Source: the human T2T-CHM13v2.0 reference genome, Homo sapiens
Length of the DNA stretch: 64,000 nucleotides
Direction: 5' to 3' (one strand)
Assembly: GCF_009914755.1 (NCBI RefSeq)
Contig: NC_060947.1
The position numbers were made by a program, and so were the translations under genes. The notes under the pieces were generated by a model that was not told the origin of the DNA, did not search any database, and was given only the letters and a program-made list of their open reading frames with translations. Shown one piece after another: positions 42,496 through 62,818 of this stretch; position 1 is the stretch's first letter; each line of letters opens with the position of its first letter.

Positions 42496-42962
42496 AAGAT
42501 TCTAACTCTTAACACAGTATTCAAAGCCTGTGACAATCTGAAGTACACATACCTTCCCAATTTCATTTCCTGTCCCTTCTTTTCCCATCTTACAACCCAG
42601 CCACATCAGACTATGAACCATTCCTTCTATCTCTATATATTCACACTGCCACATCTTGATTCTCACATTGTTCGTTACTCATGCAGAGAAAACCTTAATG
42701 AACTCCTATTCATCCTTCAAGGACCAGGTTTAAAAAAAGACACATCTATAAAGTCTTCCCTGACTCCACCTCTCCCAAGGCAAAACTTAATAATTCTTTC
42801 CTCTAGGCTTTCACATCACATCATTCATACTACCAATATAGTACTTATCACATTGCATTGTTAGCTATCCATTTATCTATCTCTTCTGCTAGAACACCTG
42901 AGATGAGACCAATCATTTACAAATAAAACAAATTAAATTATATAAACAAGATTAAGAAATCA

Positions 42963-43208
<246 letters not shown>

Positions 43209-44459
43209 TCATTTCTAGTGAAGCCATTAATTTTCAGGAATAACTCATATAGCAAGATAAAAATGTTTTTAAAAACAACTTTCTTTACAAATTTGCTTCC
43301 TCTCTCCCAGAGGGAAATAAATCCACTACACATTTTTACAGATGAGAATGTGACTTTCCCAGAATCACAGAACGGGTTAATGACAGAGCTGGGTCAGTAT
43401 AGTCCAGGACCAGTGATACCAGTCAAATAAACATTCCTCTATGCCACACTTTGCCTCATCAGTTCTTGATTACTCGGGCTAGTGAAACAGGTCCACATTA
43501 TTAATTCTTGGAAAAACACGAAAATCAAACAATGCATTTTACAAATTAAGCAACAAAAGGGGTTTTTTTTTAATGTTTTAGGCAGAAGTATTTGGAATGC
43601 TGATAAACAGTTAAAAGTCCGGGTTCACAAAAGTGGACCATCATTTTAAAAATCATTTTTATTTTATCTTACATATACTACAGAACTATAAAATATACCA
43701 CTGATTTATATCCATGGCTTTTAGTAGCATTCTAAAGGGAAAAGTGGTATGCTATTTATCCTAACAGATCAAAGAATACCAAGGGAGTTGGAGGCTCCTG
43801 GTTTACGTCAGTTCCCACATGCCTTTCATCAAGCTGAATGAGATTCTAGTATTTTAAAATATGTATATTTCATTAAACATAGTCCCTAAATGCAAGCTAA
43901 CCACTTCATTGGGCTAACAAATAAACACTGATTTCTTCTAATACTGGAGGAAAAAAGAACTGTGATAAATTTAGGGACATATGTTACATCTAAACACTTA
44001 TACCTTATGGATGAGTTAGGGGATTTTCCCAAGAAAATTCCTATGTAATTTCCATAGGTTGTATGTCCCAACCCTTTGGTAAGATGATATCTCCAGTTAC
44101 TTATATTAACGCCACACTTATTTATATTAAATGCTACAAAACTAATGTCATTTCACGTTTCATACTACCTTAGCAATCACTTAGAAAACCAAATCCTCCA
44201 AATACAAGTTTTCCCTCTTTTTATGAGATCCAAACTTAAGAACACATTTTCTTCCGCTTCTCAAACTAAGGAAAAGAAGGACTAAAGCAGTGATCATGTC
44301 TTACTCAAAAAAAGCTCCATATTTTCATAAACTCTCCAAAAAGACGTTTCCCTGAAGTTCTAGGAAGAAAACTTCTAAATATTTTTACCTCCCCCTGTAC
44401 TTCAAAAAAGTATGGCCTATGAATATAAAAGTGATTCGAAAATAGCAATTAAGATCCTT

Positions 44460-45275
44460 AAATGCTGCTGATGGCAATGTAAAATGGTACAACCACTTTG
44501 TAAAATTGGCAAGTTTCTTTAAAATTTAAACTTATACCTACCATATGACCCAGCCTAGGTATTTACCCAAGAGAAATAAATGTCTATGTCAATACAAAGA
44601 TTTGTACACAAATGTTCACGGCAGGTTTATCTGTAATATACAATACTCCTCAAATGTCCATCAACATATAAATGGATAAGCAATTTGCCGTATAGGATAA
44701 GTGGAGTAAGGAAAAGTACAGTGGACATACTCAGCAATAAAAAGGGAAGAACTACTGATACAGGTAACAGTATGAAAGAATCACAAAATAATTATGCTGA
44801 ATGAAATAAGCCAGACAAAAACAGTACACACTGTACGATTCCATTTATAGACAAATTCTAGAAAAAGCAAATTAATCTACAGTAACAAAAAGCAGATCAG
44901 GCCGGGCGTGGCAGCTCACACCTGTAATCTCAGCATTTTGGAAGGTCAAGGCAGGTAGATCACTTGAGTCCAGATGTTTGAGACCAGCCTCAGCAACATG
45001 GCAAAACCCTGTCACTACAAAAAATTAGCCAGGCATGGTGGCACATGCCTGTAGTCCCAGCTACTCAGGAGGCTGAGGCGGAAGGATTACTTGAGCCAGG
45101 GAGGCAGAGGCTGCAGTGAGTCAAGAAGAAGCAAATTGAGGGGGAATGGGAGAAATGTGCACTATCTTGTTTGTGGTGTTTTCACAGATGTATACATATG
45201 TTAAAACTCAAATTGCACATCTTAAATATGTGCATTTTACTGTATGTCAAGGAAGCCTCAACAAAGATGAAAAAT
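44460..45275 (+). mobile_element. L1ME-type 3' fragment with an Alu at 44900-45123
   Basis: AATGTAAAATGGTACAACCACTTTG...ATGCTGAATGAAATAAGCCAGAC. Confidence 0.8.
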
Positions 45276-45884
45276 GCCTTCACACTGCTGTAACACTGAT
45301 GATAGATTATGGAAGTAAGATCTAGCAAATTATCAAATCATGTAACTTCTCCTACATTAACTAAATATAAAAAATTAAATCACTAAATAAAAATGAATTA
45401 ACACTCTATCACAGAAGACAAAAGAGACACTGAATATAATTTTTGGCAAACTGGCTGGCTTATAATTACCCATTAGGCTACATACACAAAACTCATAAAT
45501 AAAGAATAGAACAGCAACATGTTAGATTAAAATCTTTTAAGTGCTTCATTCACATTGCTTTTAAGTTTACATTTTCAGTATGCTGAAATGTGAACCACTA
45601 GCATTATGTTTTATTTAACAGCATTACTTCATCAAGGCTATTCTATCAGTGACCTTTACTATCAACTACCCACTTTCCTTCTAGGTGCAATTTAAGGCAG
45701 TAATCTGAAACAAGAGGTATGTGCACTTTTACTTATAACAGGTATCACCTTTGCATCTTTCATTAAAGAAAAACTGGCTCATGAGTTTTCTATTACATAT
45801 CTCAGGTGCCGTAAGTCCAATTAATTTTATCCATAAGATAGAAAAGGTAGCCAATTGAAGGTTTAGAAAATTATTTTCATTTAT

Positions 45885-46198
<314 letters not shown>

Positions 46199-47326
46199 TA
46201 AGTAACAGTTAAACTAGTTCATATACAGTGAGACTCTAATAATAATCAGTAAGTTTGAATATCCAAAATGTTTCCCTAATGGCAGCTGTAGTAGAACATA
46301 AGCAGTCTTGTATGCAAACATCTTAGAAGAGCTTTGTCCAGCCCAAGCACTGATAATCATGTGATCTTTACAGAGATCACAAACCTAGCTCCCTACCTCT
46401 ACCACCAGCTACATTAATACACACAGCAATTTATATATATATACACACATATATATTTTTACATATACATACATACACACACACACACAAACACACACAC
46501 ATATGCCTTTATGCCTTTTGAGGAACAAACAAGAAACCATATTTAAAGAGAATAAGTGGAAAAATAAAGAAACTGCAGATCTACAATGGCCATAGATGCC
46601 CTCCTTCATTTAAATAAGTATTAAATAACTACCCACTATGTGCCAGGTGCTTGTGATTCTCCGGGAAAACAGAAGAGAGAAGAGAGGGAGGATAAACACA
46701 AAGAGGCAAGAGAAAATTTCAGGGGTAGTGGGAGGAATGTGCATTATCTTGTTTGTGGTATTTTCACAGATGTATACATATATTAAAAGTCAAATTGTAC
46801 ACTTTAAATATAAGCATTCTACTATATGTCAATGAAGCCTGAATAAAGCTGAAAAACTATAGCGATTAATAAAATGTTTACGCTACCCTTGAGAAGAGTT
46901 CACACCTTTTGAATGATACATCTTTGAAGAAATGCAGGAAAAAGCAACTGGAGTTTCCCCAAAGATAGAAAAAATAACCAGTTATGTTACAGTGACACCA
47001 ACTAGGGGCAAGAAATATGATCAAACTGACAATGACTGTTGTAGAAATTAGGCCAAATTGAGATCTTAACAGGAAAATAAAAGACCAAGATAATATTGCA
47101 GACATAACTAGGAGAGATGTCCAGCCTATAAATTTCAGGCAAGAAAACGGAATTATAGCCTCAATCATCAAGTTCCTGAGAGAATGGACCTTAGGAGACA
47201 AAGAAAATCATGTTTTTAACAAAATGAAATGATCTACAATGTAGAAAGAGTTTCTTTAGAAGCTAATAAAAATCTATGCTAGACTATTTCTAAGAAACAC
47301 TATTTGCAAAAAAACTGCACATCTCA

Positions 47327-47734
<408 letters not shown>

Positions 47735-48285
47735 TCATACTATGAAGGGAAAACTTCTAACATATAGCCAAGAAACTTCAATAATGTAAAAATTTAAGTA
47801 AATAAGGCAGCCAACTTCCCTTTCAAAGAAATAGGAAAAAGGTGGCACAATAAGATGTGTCTAAGTTGAATGGACCCTATATTCAGATTGAACCAAAGAT
47901 AAAATACTAAATACACTCAAAATCATGTAGTCAAAGGGGTGAAATGTCCCATAATCTATCCAAAAATAAAAATCGTTTGGCTTAAGGATTTATTTTGTTT
48001 TTAATGTTACTCTGGTCACTTGAGAGACTGAAGAGGCAAAGACTCTCACTCTACCCTTCCCTAGCCAAATCTATACCCTTTGACACCAGGCAACAAATGA
48101 AGGTCTTGAGGTTTGGTGAAGAAAGCTCTGGTTCTGCGAGCAAAGGTAAAGGGGTTAGAGCCTAGGCCAAAAAGGTCCTGGACCACTAAAATCCAAAACC
48201 AGGAAGAACCATTTTCACTCTCTAAAGCTACGCTCAAATAAGCTAGCTCCGTGATTAGTTGTTAGGCAGAACTTTTGATTTAGAG

Positions 48286-48516
48286 CAAGAATCAGCAAAC
48301 TATGGCTTGTGGGTTAAATCCATTTAGCGGTCTGTTTTTGTAAATAACATTTTATTGGCACACAGTCACATTTATTTATGTACTATCTATAGCTGTTTTT
48401 ACGCTGTTTTTACACTACAATGGCAGAATTAAGTAGTTACAACAGAAACCATATGGTCCACAAAGCCGAAAAATATTTACTATCTCACCCTTTATAGAAA
48501 CACTTGCTGACCACTG
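48286..48516. mobile_element. MER58A (hAT-Charlie)
   Basis: CAAGAATCAGCAAACTATGG...TTGCTGACCACTG; 8-bp TSD ATTTAGA(G/A). Confidence 0.88.
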
Positions 48517-48842
48517 ATTTAGAAGAAAGGAAAGGAAAGAACACTTAGCAACCACTTGTTTTTATTATATATATTTAAAGTGTACAGCATGATGCTCTGA
48601 TTTTTTTTGAAGGGCATCCAAAAGAGTAGAGTTCTTACCGTTTAGTTCAGCAAACAAAGGAGTCCACCTGTGATATCCTTTCCTCTAATTTCTAAAAGAT
48701 GTTTTTTTGCCATCTTCAAGCTATGGCCACTTGTATGGTGTCTATGACTTGGCAGCTCAATAGTCTACTGTTCACTATTCATTCGTATTTAATAAGTTGT
48801 TCAAATTTAGTGTCAGATCACAATCACCATGCAGATGCATAA

Positions 48843-49930
<1,088 letters not shown>

Positions 49931-50746
49931 TCATTTCTCAGACAATTGGGGGAGGAGGAAATCACCTAGTCAGAGATAAATAAACACTGAGACAGGAAGA
50001 TGAACTTTCTAAAATTCTCCATATCAGGAAAAAAATGCTAAGAGTCAGTATAGATTATACAAGAATAGAGGAAATATTCATTCCTTTTTTACCCAGTATT
50101 TATTTATCACCTACATACCAAGTATTAAGGATAAGGTACCAAACAAAACCCCAGTCCTCACAGAGCCTACATCACAGGTGGAGGGGGAGGAGGTACAGAG
50201 CATATTATATGGTGATATGTGCAAAAAAAGAAAAATAATCAGGGAATAGCAGGGAGTTTTGACAGGGGTGGGCAGGGAAGGCTTCACTAAGAAGGTGACA
50301 TTTGACTGCTACTTGGTGGGTTAAAATATAGGTTTAGCCCAATAAATCAAATTGTTTATACTCATAGACTGTCCATATACCTCATGAGCTTGCAGTTGTG
50401 CCTGTTACACTGTTCTTCAGAAACAGGATCATAGCCTGTTCTCCCTGAGAGTAAAGTTCAAGAAAAGTAAGTAGTATACATTTTCTAGTAAGATAAAAGC
50501 ACACCTTCAAGAAAAATCCCTCTTTGAAATGTTCCCAAAATAACAAAGGAATAAAAAGGTATAAACTCACAAGAAATAGAAGAAACAGATGTCAACAAAA
50601 AAGGATATAAAGTTAAAAAAAAAAAATAGCACAGAATTTTTATGTGGGGAATACTACCTTAAGTAAGTATGACAGGATACAAGGAAAGACAAACTTATAG
50701 CAAAGCAGTACTGAAAACCTTCTCAAGCTAGATCAAAAAACACTCA

Positions 50747-51440
<694 letters not shown>

Positions 51441-52390
51441 AAACTAAAAGCTACTTACTTGTTGGTAAGAACAAAGGTGATTATAGTAAATATAGTTTTA
51501 ATTGGATTCCTACACAAAGCACTAGAGGAAGGAGATAAGGATTGGGACACCTTCTCCCTCTTTCTTAGTCATATATAAACTCCAAAAAAAGAGAAAGAAC
51601 CAAGAAGCTGAGGATAAGCACCCCTAAGATACAACTAGTGAGGCACAAAATATGACTCCTCTGGCAGGTCTCAAGACCCAGGTACTGCAAAATCTTCCCT
51701 AAGATAGCACAACACCTAGTAAATAATAAAAAAACTCTTTCCACCTCAGGAAAATCTGGATTACCCTATTTTTCTAGTGCTCATTCATCTTTTTTACAGA
51801 AGTCAACTACTTCTTCCAAATGCTCAATGCAAATAAAAAGAAAACAGTAATGCTACAGGAATTCTACTTAAAGGGTAGGGAGAATAATAACTTTCCTATC
51901 TGTTACACTTTTACAACAGCTGTTGCACTTACTTTAAAAGGCTACTATAAAGATAAAATAAGTATCAAAGTCCCTTGTAAAGTTATTTTGAAAATCAAGT
52001 TCAAAATTACACATCTGTAGTTTCAAAAGTTCACTGAAGATTTACTGTATTAAAGTTTTCATGTTTGCTTTTTGGTCCTCCATAAAATGGTTGAGAAATA
52101 CTTAAAAATAGAAATACTAGAGAAACGTAGGGCACTCTATCAGAACAGTCCATCCTGTTCTTTGTCATCCATTCTCTTTTGAAAGTGTTGGCTTACCACT
52201 CAGGATCCCCTCCACAAAAAAGAAAGACTAGACAGAGCAGGACCTAATATTAACATACAAGGTATAGTGACAATAAGATTTCTCACAAATATCATGCTAA
52301 ATTTTATAATTATTGATAAACCATTAAAAGTAAAAGCTAAACACCTCTCCCATTCCTTAACTGAAAAAAAAAATAGATGGAATGCACTCA

Positions 52391-52621
<231 letters not shown>

Positions 52622-53169
52622 TCATTAAGGGGATAAAATTAATTTTAATTAACAAGCTTGCACAGAGTACTGTATTCTCACTGAATTTTCTTATCTCCAA
52701 CCTACAACAATCCTAAGAATAGTTGTTGAAAGTTTACCTCTTTGTGTACCTTTTAGAGTAGAAAATAACAGTGATTCATATGAGAACCCCAATATTAATT
52801 ACATAGGGAAAACCAGTAACACAAGAAAAGGATATTGTTAATATCAGGGAACAATAACATATCACCATTTCCATCTCTAAGAATATACCCTGAGTATAGC
52901 CACAGTCATAAATTATTTTATTGCTAATGATGAAAGCATGAGTATTATTTTAACTTTGAATATGGGCAAAAGTAACAATGGTTTTGCACAGGTAAAGATC
53001 ACTGATGACTCAATATTAGGCTACTTTTAGAAGGCAAAAAACACAAGACATGCTAACCACAAACAAAAAAAACAATCTTCAAAGTCCCCTTAGAAGCTAC
53101 TAGGATTCAAAATATGAACGAAAAAACATACTCAGATACTTGATCTGCAACATAAGATACGTGTACTTA

Positions 53170-53307
<138 letters not shown>

Positions 53308-54121
53308 TTAAAGGTCATTTATTCCTTAGCATTGCATCCACAATGTTAAATATATTCAAACTAAAGCTTCCTAAATAAGAATACAAAAATAACATTCTCT
53401 ACATAACAACCTACAATTTATAAAAAGGCTTAGAAGTTCAATTTAACAAATATTGACTCCAAATATTGAAATATTTAATAAACGGCTTTCAAAAAATTCA
53501 CTATAAAATTATATGCATGTTGTATACTGCCTATAAATGACAAGAACTACAGATGAAATTTTCAATATGACTGCATTTGGCTTATCTGGACTTTCACCTA
53601 ATACAGCACTTAATAGCCTCCTACTTTAAGTTAAATTCTAGTATAGCAAAGACAAGCACCTTCTTCCAGGTCTCAACCACGGCAGTTCTCCCTGGTTCTA
53701 AATTTATGAACACAAATGGTTTACCAGACAACAATCATGGCAAGTTCTAGAATTTATCATTTTTAAACTACCTCTATTCTTTTACTCTTTGCTTAACAGT
53801 TTATGAGGAAAAAAATCCATTTAAAAGCTGTCTACAATCATTTCTACTTACTTTATAAATGCTTACCTTTTTCTTAGGAACTTACTAGGTCAGGAATATC
53901 ACCAAAGGTTTTAAATGTATAGATAGTTTAAGTGATATGGATATGGTTACATGCTTATTTCACAGAAACAGCATGTCTTATTTCACAAAACATTCCATTT
54001 CAAAACCCAAATCTCACCTTATGAGAAAAGTCAACTGAATGTCAATATCCTCCTTCATTAACATGATTAACTTCTATTACAACTGTTTAATGCAGATTTT
54101 TAAAAGGGAAAAATATTTTTA

Positions 54122-54268
<147 letters not shown>

Positions 54269-54627
54269 TTATTTTATTTGAAACTAACTAATTTTAAAAT
54301 GCCTCAATCTGAATTTGGAAAAATTCAAAACTATGGTAACATGAGATGTTATATGAATGCTTTAATTTCTCCTAAAACTGGAGATTGACCCTGTGACCTA
54401 TGACAGATCCATAAAACAGTACATCAACTACACTGGAGCTACCTGCTATGGCACTGGAAGCAACAAAGCTTCAAAAACTATTGTTCGCAAAAAATGAAAC
54501 ATTCAAACAAAGTTTAAATGACCACTTGTCAGAGATGCTAAAAAAAAAAAAAAAAGATTATTTTAGGTGGAAAGTTGAACAGGGTTATAACAAAGATTTC
54601 TTCTAACTCTAAAGAGCCTAATACTCA

Positions 54628-55338
<711 letters not shown>

Positions 55339-56649
55339 TTAACATCTTATCTTGAATTATAATTCTAGTCAGTAAATAGAAATTATTCAAAATTTTTATC
55401 TTCCTACTGAAATATTTAAAAACTGAGAGTTTCAGTAAATTATTCAGAAAATTTGTCAAAAAATTTTCTGATCTGAAGTGTGGAAGAAAAAAAACAATTA
55501 GTGCCAAATGCCAAGCACCAAAAATTTCAACCAGCATTGGCAGGATTACAAACAAGGCTGATCTCAGGATTACTGCTTTAACTGATTATATACTATTAAC
55601 CTAATTTTACAGTCAACTCATAATTTAGAATATGCTATAAAGAGAAGCACTGGTTTTAGTGAAGTAATAAAAATTGTCATCTACATGTTCTACTGCCAAC
55701 ACTAAGAATCAAAAGAGAAAGGGATTTTTCATCAAACATATCCACATTTTCCTGGCCCTTGACTTTCCCTTCTTGGACAGTTGCCATTTCTACATATCCT
55801 GGCCACTGTAGCTAAGCACACAGTTAGCTCATGTGTATTAAGGAAATTTTAGGGTATAATTTATGCAATGTAAATTACAATACAATCTCAATTTCTCATT
55901 AAGACTTTTAACCCATGTGTATCTCACCAATCCTTTTCAGGGACTCCCAATTGTTGCCCTGCTATCTGGTTTTCTGGTCCCTCCTCAGTCTAGAACTTTA
56001 AAGATACTGATTTTAAGGGATTGGGGCTAAACTGGGCCCATTCTTTTACCCAACATGTATCTATGCTCCAGGGCCCTAAAGTCCCTAAGATCTACCTCTC
56101 AAGGTCCCTAAGAACAGGGGCACTGGATGGCAGATTCATCCTCTTCAAGTCAAGTCTCTCCTCTCAGCCACTTAACCTGATTAAGACACTTACTCTCTGA
56201 GGGTTTGTGAACCTGGAATGAATTATTTTAGCTCATTAATCTTAATTCTTAGAATTGGATAAATTACTTAAATGTCTAACCATTCTCTTGGGTTCTGACA
56301 ATGTTAGGAAACGCTTAAAAGAGTCTCAGTAAATTTCTTAGCTGAGCTATCTCAACAATCAGTACAGGACTCTATTATCCCAACTGTACCTTCCCTGGTT
56401 TCTTTATTCTTTTTGCTCTAACTCATAACACCATTCTAATAAACTCATTTATTATCCCTGACTCCTTTACCTCGAATAAATTCTCTTTAATTTCCCCTAT
56501 GATTTCAATAAAAAGCCCTCAGCTATTTCCAGCTCTAGTGCCCAGCATCACCAATTACCTACCCCAGCCCAGAGGCCCCATCAGCATATCAACTTACAGC
56601 AGACTCCCCCTTTCTATAGCTCTCATGCCCCCTCACCTTCATACTATTA

Positions 56650-57030
<381 letters not shown>

Positions 57031-57084
57031 TTAACCCGGAAAGTGCAGCACTAATTTCCCTTGTAACTGTCAACATTTAGAATG

Positions 57085-57310
57085 ACAATATGATGTAATA
57101 AAAAGATCATAGGCTGTGGAGCCAAAGGGACCCAGGTTCAAATTCTGCCTTACTGGCTTGCATGGCCTTGAAAAATCACAGCTTCGCTGAACCTCATTTT
57201 TCTGATCTGTACTCCTACCACCTTTACAGGAGTTGATGTAAGGATTAAAACAAAGATTAAATGCTTAACACAATGCCTAGAACATGGAAGGTACTCTAAA
57301 AGCAGAACTT
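57085..57310 (+). mobile_element. MIR
   Basis: CCCAGGTTCAAATTCTG...CTGAACCTCATTTTTCTGATCTGT MIR core. Confidence 0.75.
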
Positions 57311-57520
57311 AAATTGTTATCATTATTATTGTCATCATCATCATCATTATTATTAGAGGTAGCTAGCATTCTTACTCCTATTCCCCATCCTTGATCTGGG
57401 ATCACACTTGAATCATTTTTTTTCTGCCAAGGGTGAGGGTAGGTGAGTGAGGGAGCAGGTGAGGGAAATCCTCTTTCCAAGTTTGCCGTCATAATCTTGC
57501 TTATAAAAATGGACTGGATA

Positions 57521-57858
<338 letters not shown>

Positions 57859-58586
57859 TCATCTTCATGAATTCATGTTACTCGTACAAGACAATGACTT
57901 GTAACAATAATTCATATTACTAAATAACTATGAAGGGAAAAATATAATCTAGTAAGTCAATAAAGAAATTACTAGGGCCAATAAGCTGATAATTGATGAT
58001 TACCCAAAGAAAGATATACTCCTGACACTATCAAGGAACAATAGCTTCCACAAAATGTTACCTACACATCAGTCTTACAGTCTTACAAATTTATAGTAAA
58101 AATATTTTTAACTGAAATTTGTTTCATGATGTATTTATTTGCAAAAAAAAAAAAAGGTAATATCTTTAGTGCCTCACTAAAAATTTTAGCTTAAAACATT
58201 TTTTGGTTGGCTTACATCAATCCAACAGATACCATGAACATATACTCTATCATCCAAACCAGGATAGTTATGAGAATAAAAGAGGGTACTATTAATAATT
58301 AGCCAGTGAAAACAAAACAAAACTGGGACATGTGGTCATCTCATCAATGGTCTTCTCTTTTCATTTATCACTCCCAGTCCACATACATTTTGACCTACTC
58401 CCAACATTACCGGGAACTTAGGAAATCTGAAACTTCCTGAAGGATCAAGCACCAGGATTTATATTTGTCAAGAACAAATTCTAAATTCTCAGTAAGATAT
58501 TTAAGTAATTTATCTAATTCTAAGAATTAAGATTAATGAGCTAAAACAATTCATTCCAGGTTCACAAACCTGCAGAGGATGTCTTA

Positions 58587-59236
<650 letters not shown>

Positions 59237-59903
59237 AGCACAGGACTGACTGAAGGGAAAACTGTGCTCAGTTATTTTCATCTAGATCTAAAATTAGAGA
59301 AAAAAATTATAATAAACATTATTGTTTAAATCCATGCCATCGGATACTACATTTCATTCTAAGTCACAGAAATACTCCTTTTTTTATCTTGCATGAACCC
59401 TTATTTATTCTGGAAAAATAAAGAAGTTGCTATTCCCAAAGCTGGTTTCTCATCCTCAAAACAAAAGTACTTTTGATTACTTTGGCTCTTCTTGCTCTTT
59501 CTAAAATTAAGAATCAAAAGAGTACAAGAGCAAAGTAAGTATTTCTTGAGAGTCCTAAGTCTGAGATTCTGACATCATTCATTGAAAACCTGCATTGAAT
59601 AAGATTATTTGGTTACCAAAATCTCAGAAAACTTGGCCTTTTAACTTGAAATGACTTAATTTAGCTCAAATTTATAGAAATCTACATTGTCAAAAACTCA
59701 AACAATTTGAATTATACCTCTAAAGTTTGTTTATAACATTGATTATGACATTTGACTTATATTGCTATATTCTCTACAAAGAATCAATTTGCTTCTAGAC
59801 TTGCAGAAACATTTGTAAAATTCTTAGTTTAAAACATTTTATTTAACAAACATTTGATTTACCACACAGCACATTACAGGTGAAATAAAGGCTTAATACC
59901 TAC

Positions 59904-59955
59904 CTAATATGCAGAATACATCAGCAAGAATGGAGGGCATATCCTCACGAAATTC
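59904..59955 (-). CDS. THOC2: THOC2 coding exon (probable exon 4, 52 nt)
   Basis: tag|GAATTTCGTGAG...ATATTAG|gtaggt; EFREDMPSILADVFCIL(D). Confidence 0.96.
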
Positions 59956-60055
59956 CTAATTTTAAAAATATAATTACAATAAATAGCAAAAAAGCACACA
60001 GCAAGTATTAGGGTTTCATAATAACACTCTTCTGTGAAACTTAAAAACAAAAAAT

Positions 60056-60411
<356 letters not shown>

Positions 60412-60799
60412 TCATTATATTGACAAATATTAAAATTCTTCAAGTAAACTTTCATAACAAAGAGGAAGAAGATAATGTTTGCAAAAAATGTTTAAATGTC
60501 TACCATAAAATAACTTGATAAAAAAACAGAAACCTAAACAAGCACTTTAGGAAATAAAGAGCACAAATGAGTAACATTTTTCCAAAGAAGTTTCGTTTTA
60601 GAAATCACGTGAATTTAGAGTGCCTCATACTTACCTAAAGGAAGACTGTTAAAAACTGTACATTTTTCATCCAAGACTTTAAATGTTGTGCTCATGCCTG
60701 AGTCAATATTTGATTTATGCAAAAATCATAATGGTATCAGAAAAACAGAAATCTTGAAAATACAAAACCAGCTAAAAAGCTAAAAGCTGGTTTGGGCAG

Positions 60800-60975
60800 T
60801 TTTCAGTTTCAGGAGGTACATGTACAGGTTTGTTACATGAATATATTTGGTAATGCTGGGGTTTGGGTTTCTATCGAATCCATCATCCAAATAGTGAACA
60901 CAGTACTCAATAGGTAGTTTTTCAACCCTTATTGCCCTCCTCCCTCCCCGCTTTTTTGGAGCTCAATATTCTCTT
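60800..60975 (-). mobile_element. Short L1P(A/B) 3'-end fragment
   Basis: GGTACATGTACAGGTTTGTTACATG...AATAGTGAACACAGTAC. Confidence 0.8.
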
Positions 60976-61025
60976 TATTTTCTTTATTTACTCTTGTAGC
61001 CTTTGGAGAAAATGACCCAAAATCG

Positions 61026-61373
<348 letters not shown>

Positions 61374-62818
61374 CTAGACTTGTCTCTTGACTTTCCACTC
61401 CCACGCTCAATTTTAGGGCTATTTTCCATTAGAAGGGATCATAGTTCACTTACTGCAGTTAACAGTTGGCTGGCAGTATAGCAACCCTAAAATTAGCCTA
61501 TTTTCAGAAACTAAAAGAAATTCTAAAGAAAAATCTGGCAGCTGCAAGGAGACGCACAAGTTACTCTTCTGTGGGTAAGATACTGGACAGTATATAGTAC
61601 TAAGAGAAAGCCATGACAAAGACAATCAAGCTGCAGAAGTATCTATAAAGACATCATTAAGTATTCAAAAGAAAGAAGAAGCTATGTAAGAACCAAACAC
61701 ACATATATAAAATTCACTTGAACTATCCATTTTCAATAAATGAAAAAAGAATCAGAATCAGATCCCATAAACAAACTAAAACCTATACCAATGCTCAATT
61801 TACAAAATGAAATAACCTTGTCAATCAGATTTTAGCCTCAAATTTCTTAAGGGCTCTGAACTCTGGTTATGTCTATTTAAATGCAAGTACTCAGGCCACT
61901 TGAAGATCAAAAATAGAGTAAGACAAGAGTTTTCAAAAATGAAATATTAGTTGTTTAAGAAAGATTGGTAGCAACTGAATTTTTTTAACGTTAAAAAAAA
62001 AGGAATTTGACTACTCCAACATGAACTAATTCTGTTGTTATCAGCTGGAGATAATTTAGAGACAAAAGGGAAACTCACAGAATTCCTACTGCTCAAATAC
62101 ACCCCAATATGGGGTGGAAAATCACAACAGCTAAACTTAGAATTTCCTTAAGACTATCCCTGGGAAAGCACAAAAAACATACAAATATTACCTCCCCTGA
62201 CAGAAAAAAAGGCTACAGAAGATTAAAGAAACACAGTAAGAGAAGTTCAGATTGAGACCAAGAAGCTTCAAATCCCACACCTTAATAAAACCTATTATAA
62301 AAGCTATTCTGAATTTTATGTATATACAAGTTCATTATAAATGTATATATACACATATATACACAGACACAAGATAATTTTATTTATATACAAGTTTAAA
62401 AGCCAGCTTAATAATAAAAGAACAGCACGCCACTTGTAAAACCTCAAGCTTAACTACTGGTTTACAATTTGAAAGCCCATTTTCCAATTTAAATGGCAAA
62501 CCACCATGAAAAATAGTTGGTCTGAATCTAACTTAAATTCTCCAATAAATGAAGGAGTGAAACAGAATAACCATGTAAAAGAGTTTTTTTTAATCTAGTC
62601 GATATTTTTTAAACCATAAGTAAATGAAAACTAGCACCAAGTGAATGTTAGAGCCAAACAATTGCAATTTAAAATAATTTAATCCTCAATTTTTAAAATA
62701 TATTTAATTTCTAAACATAACTACAAACAAAAAATGGCTTATACTATATTGAGAGAAAAATATTTTAGCCAATTTACTTTTTTAGAGTGGCATTTTTTAT
62801 TAAGGACACCTTAATTTC

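Noticed and set aside
44848-45298. Short matches to U7 snRNA (CAGTGTTACAGC; TAGAATTTGTCTA) on the minus strand
   Set aside because: The two pieces are about 400 bp apart, and one lies within L1ME sequence; chance similarity.
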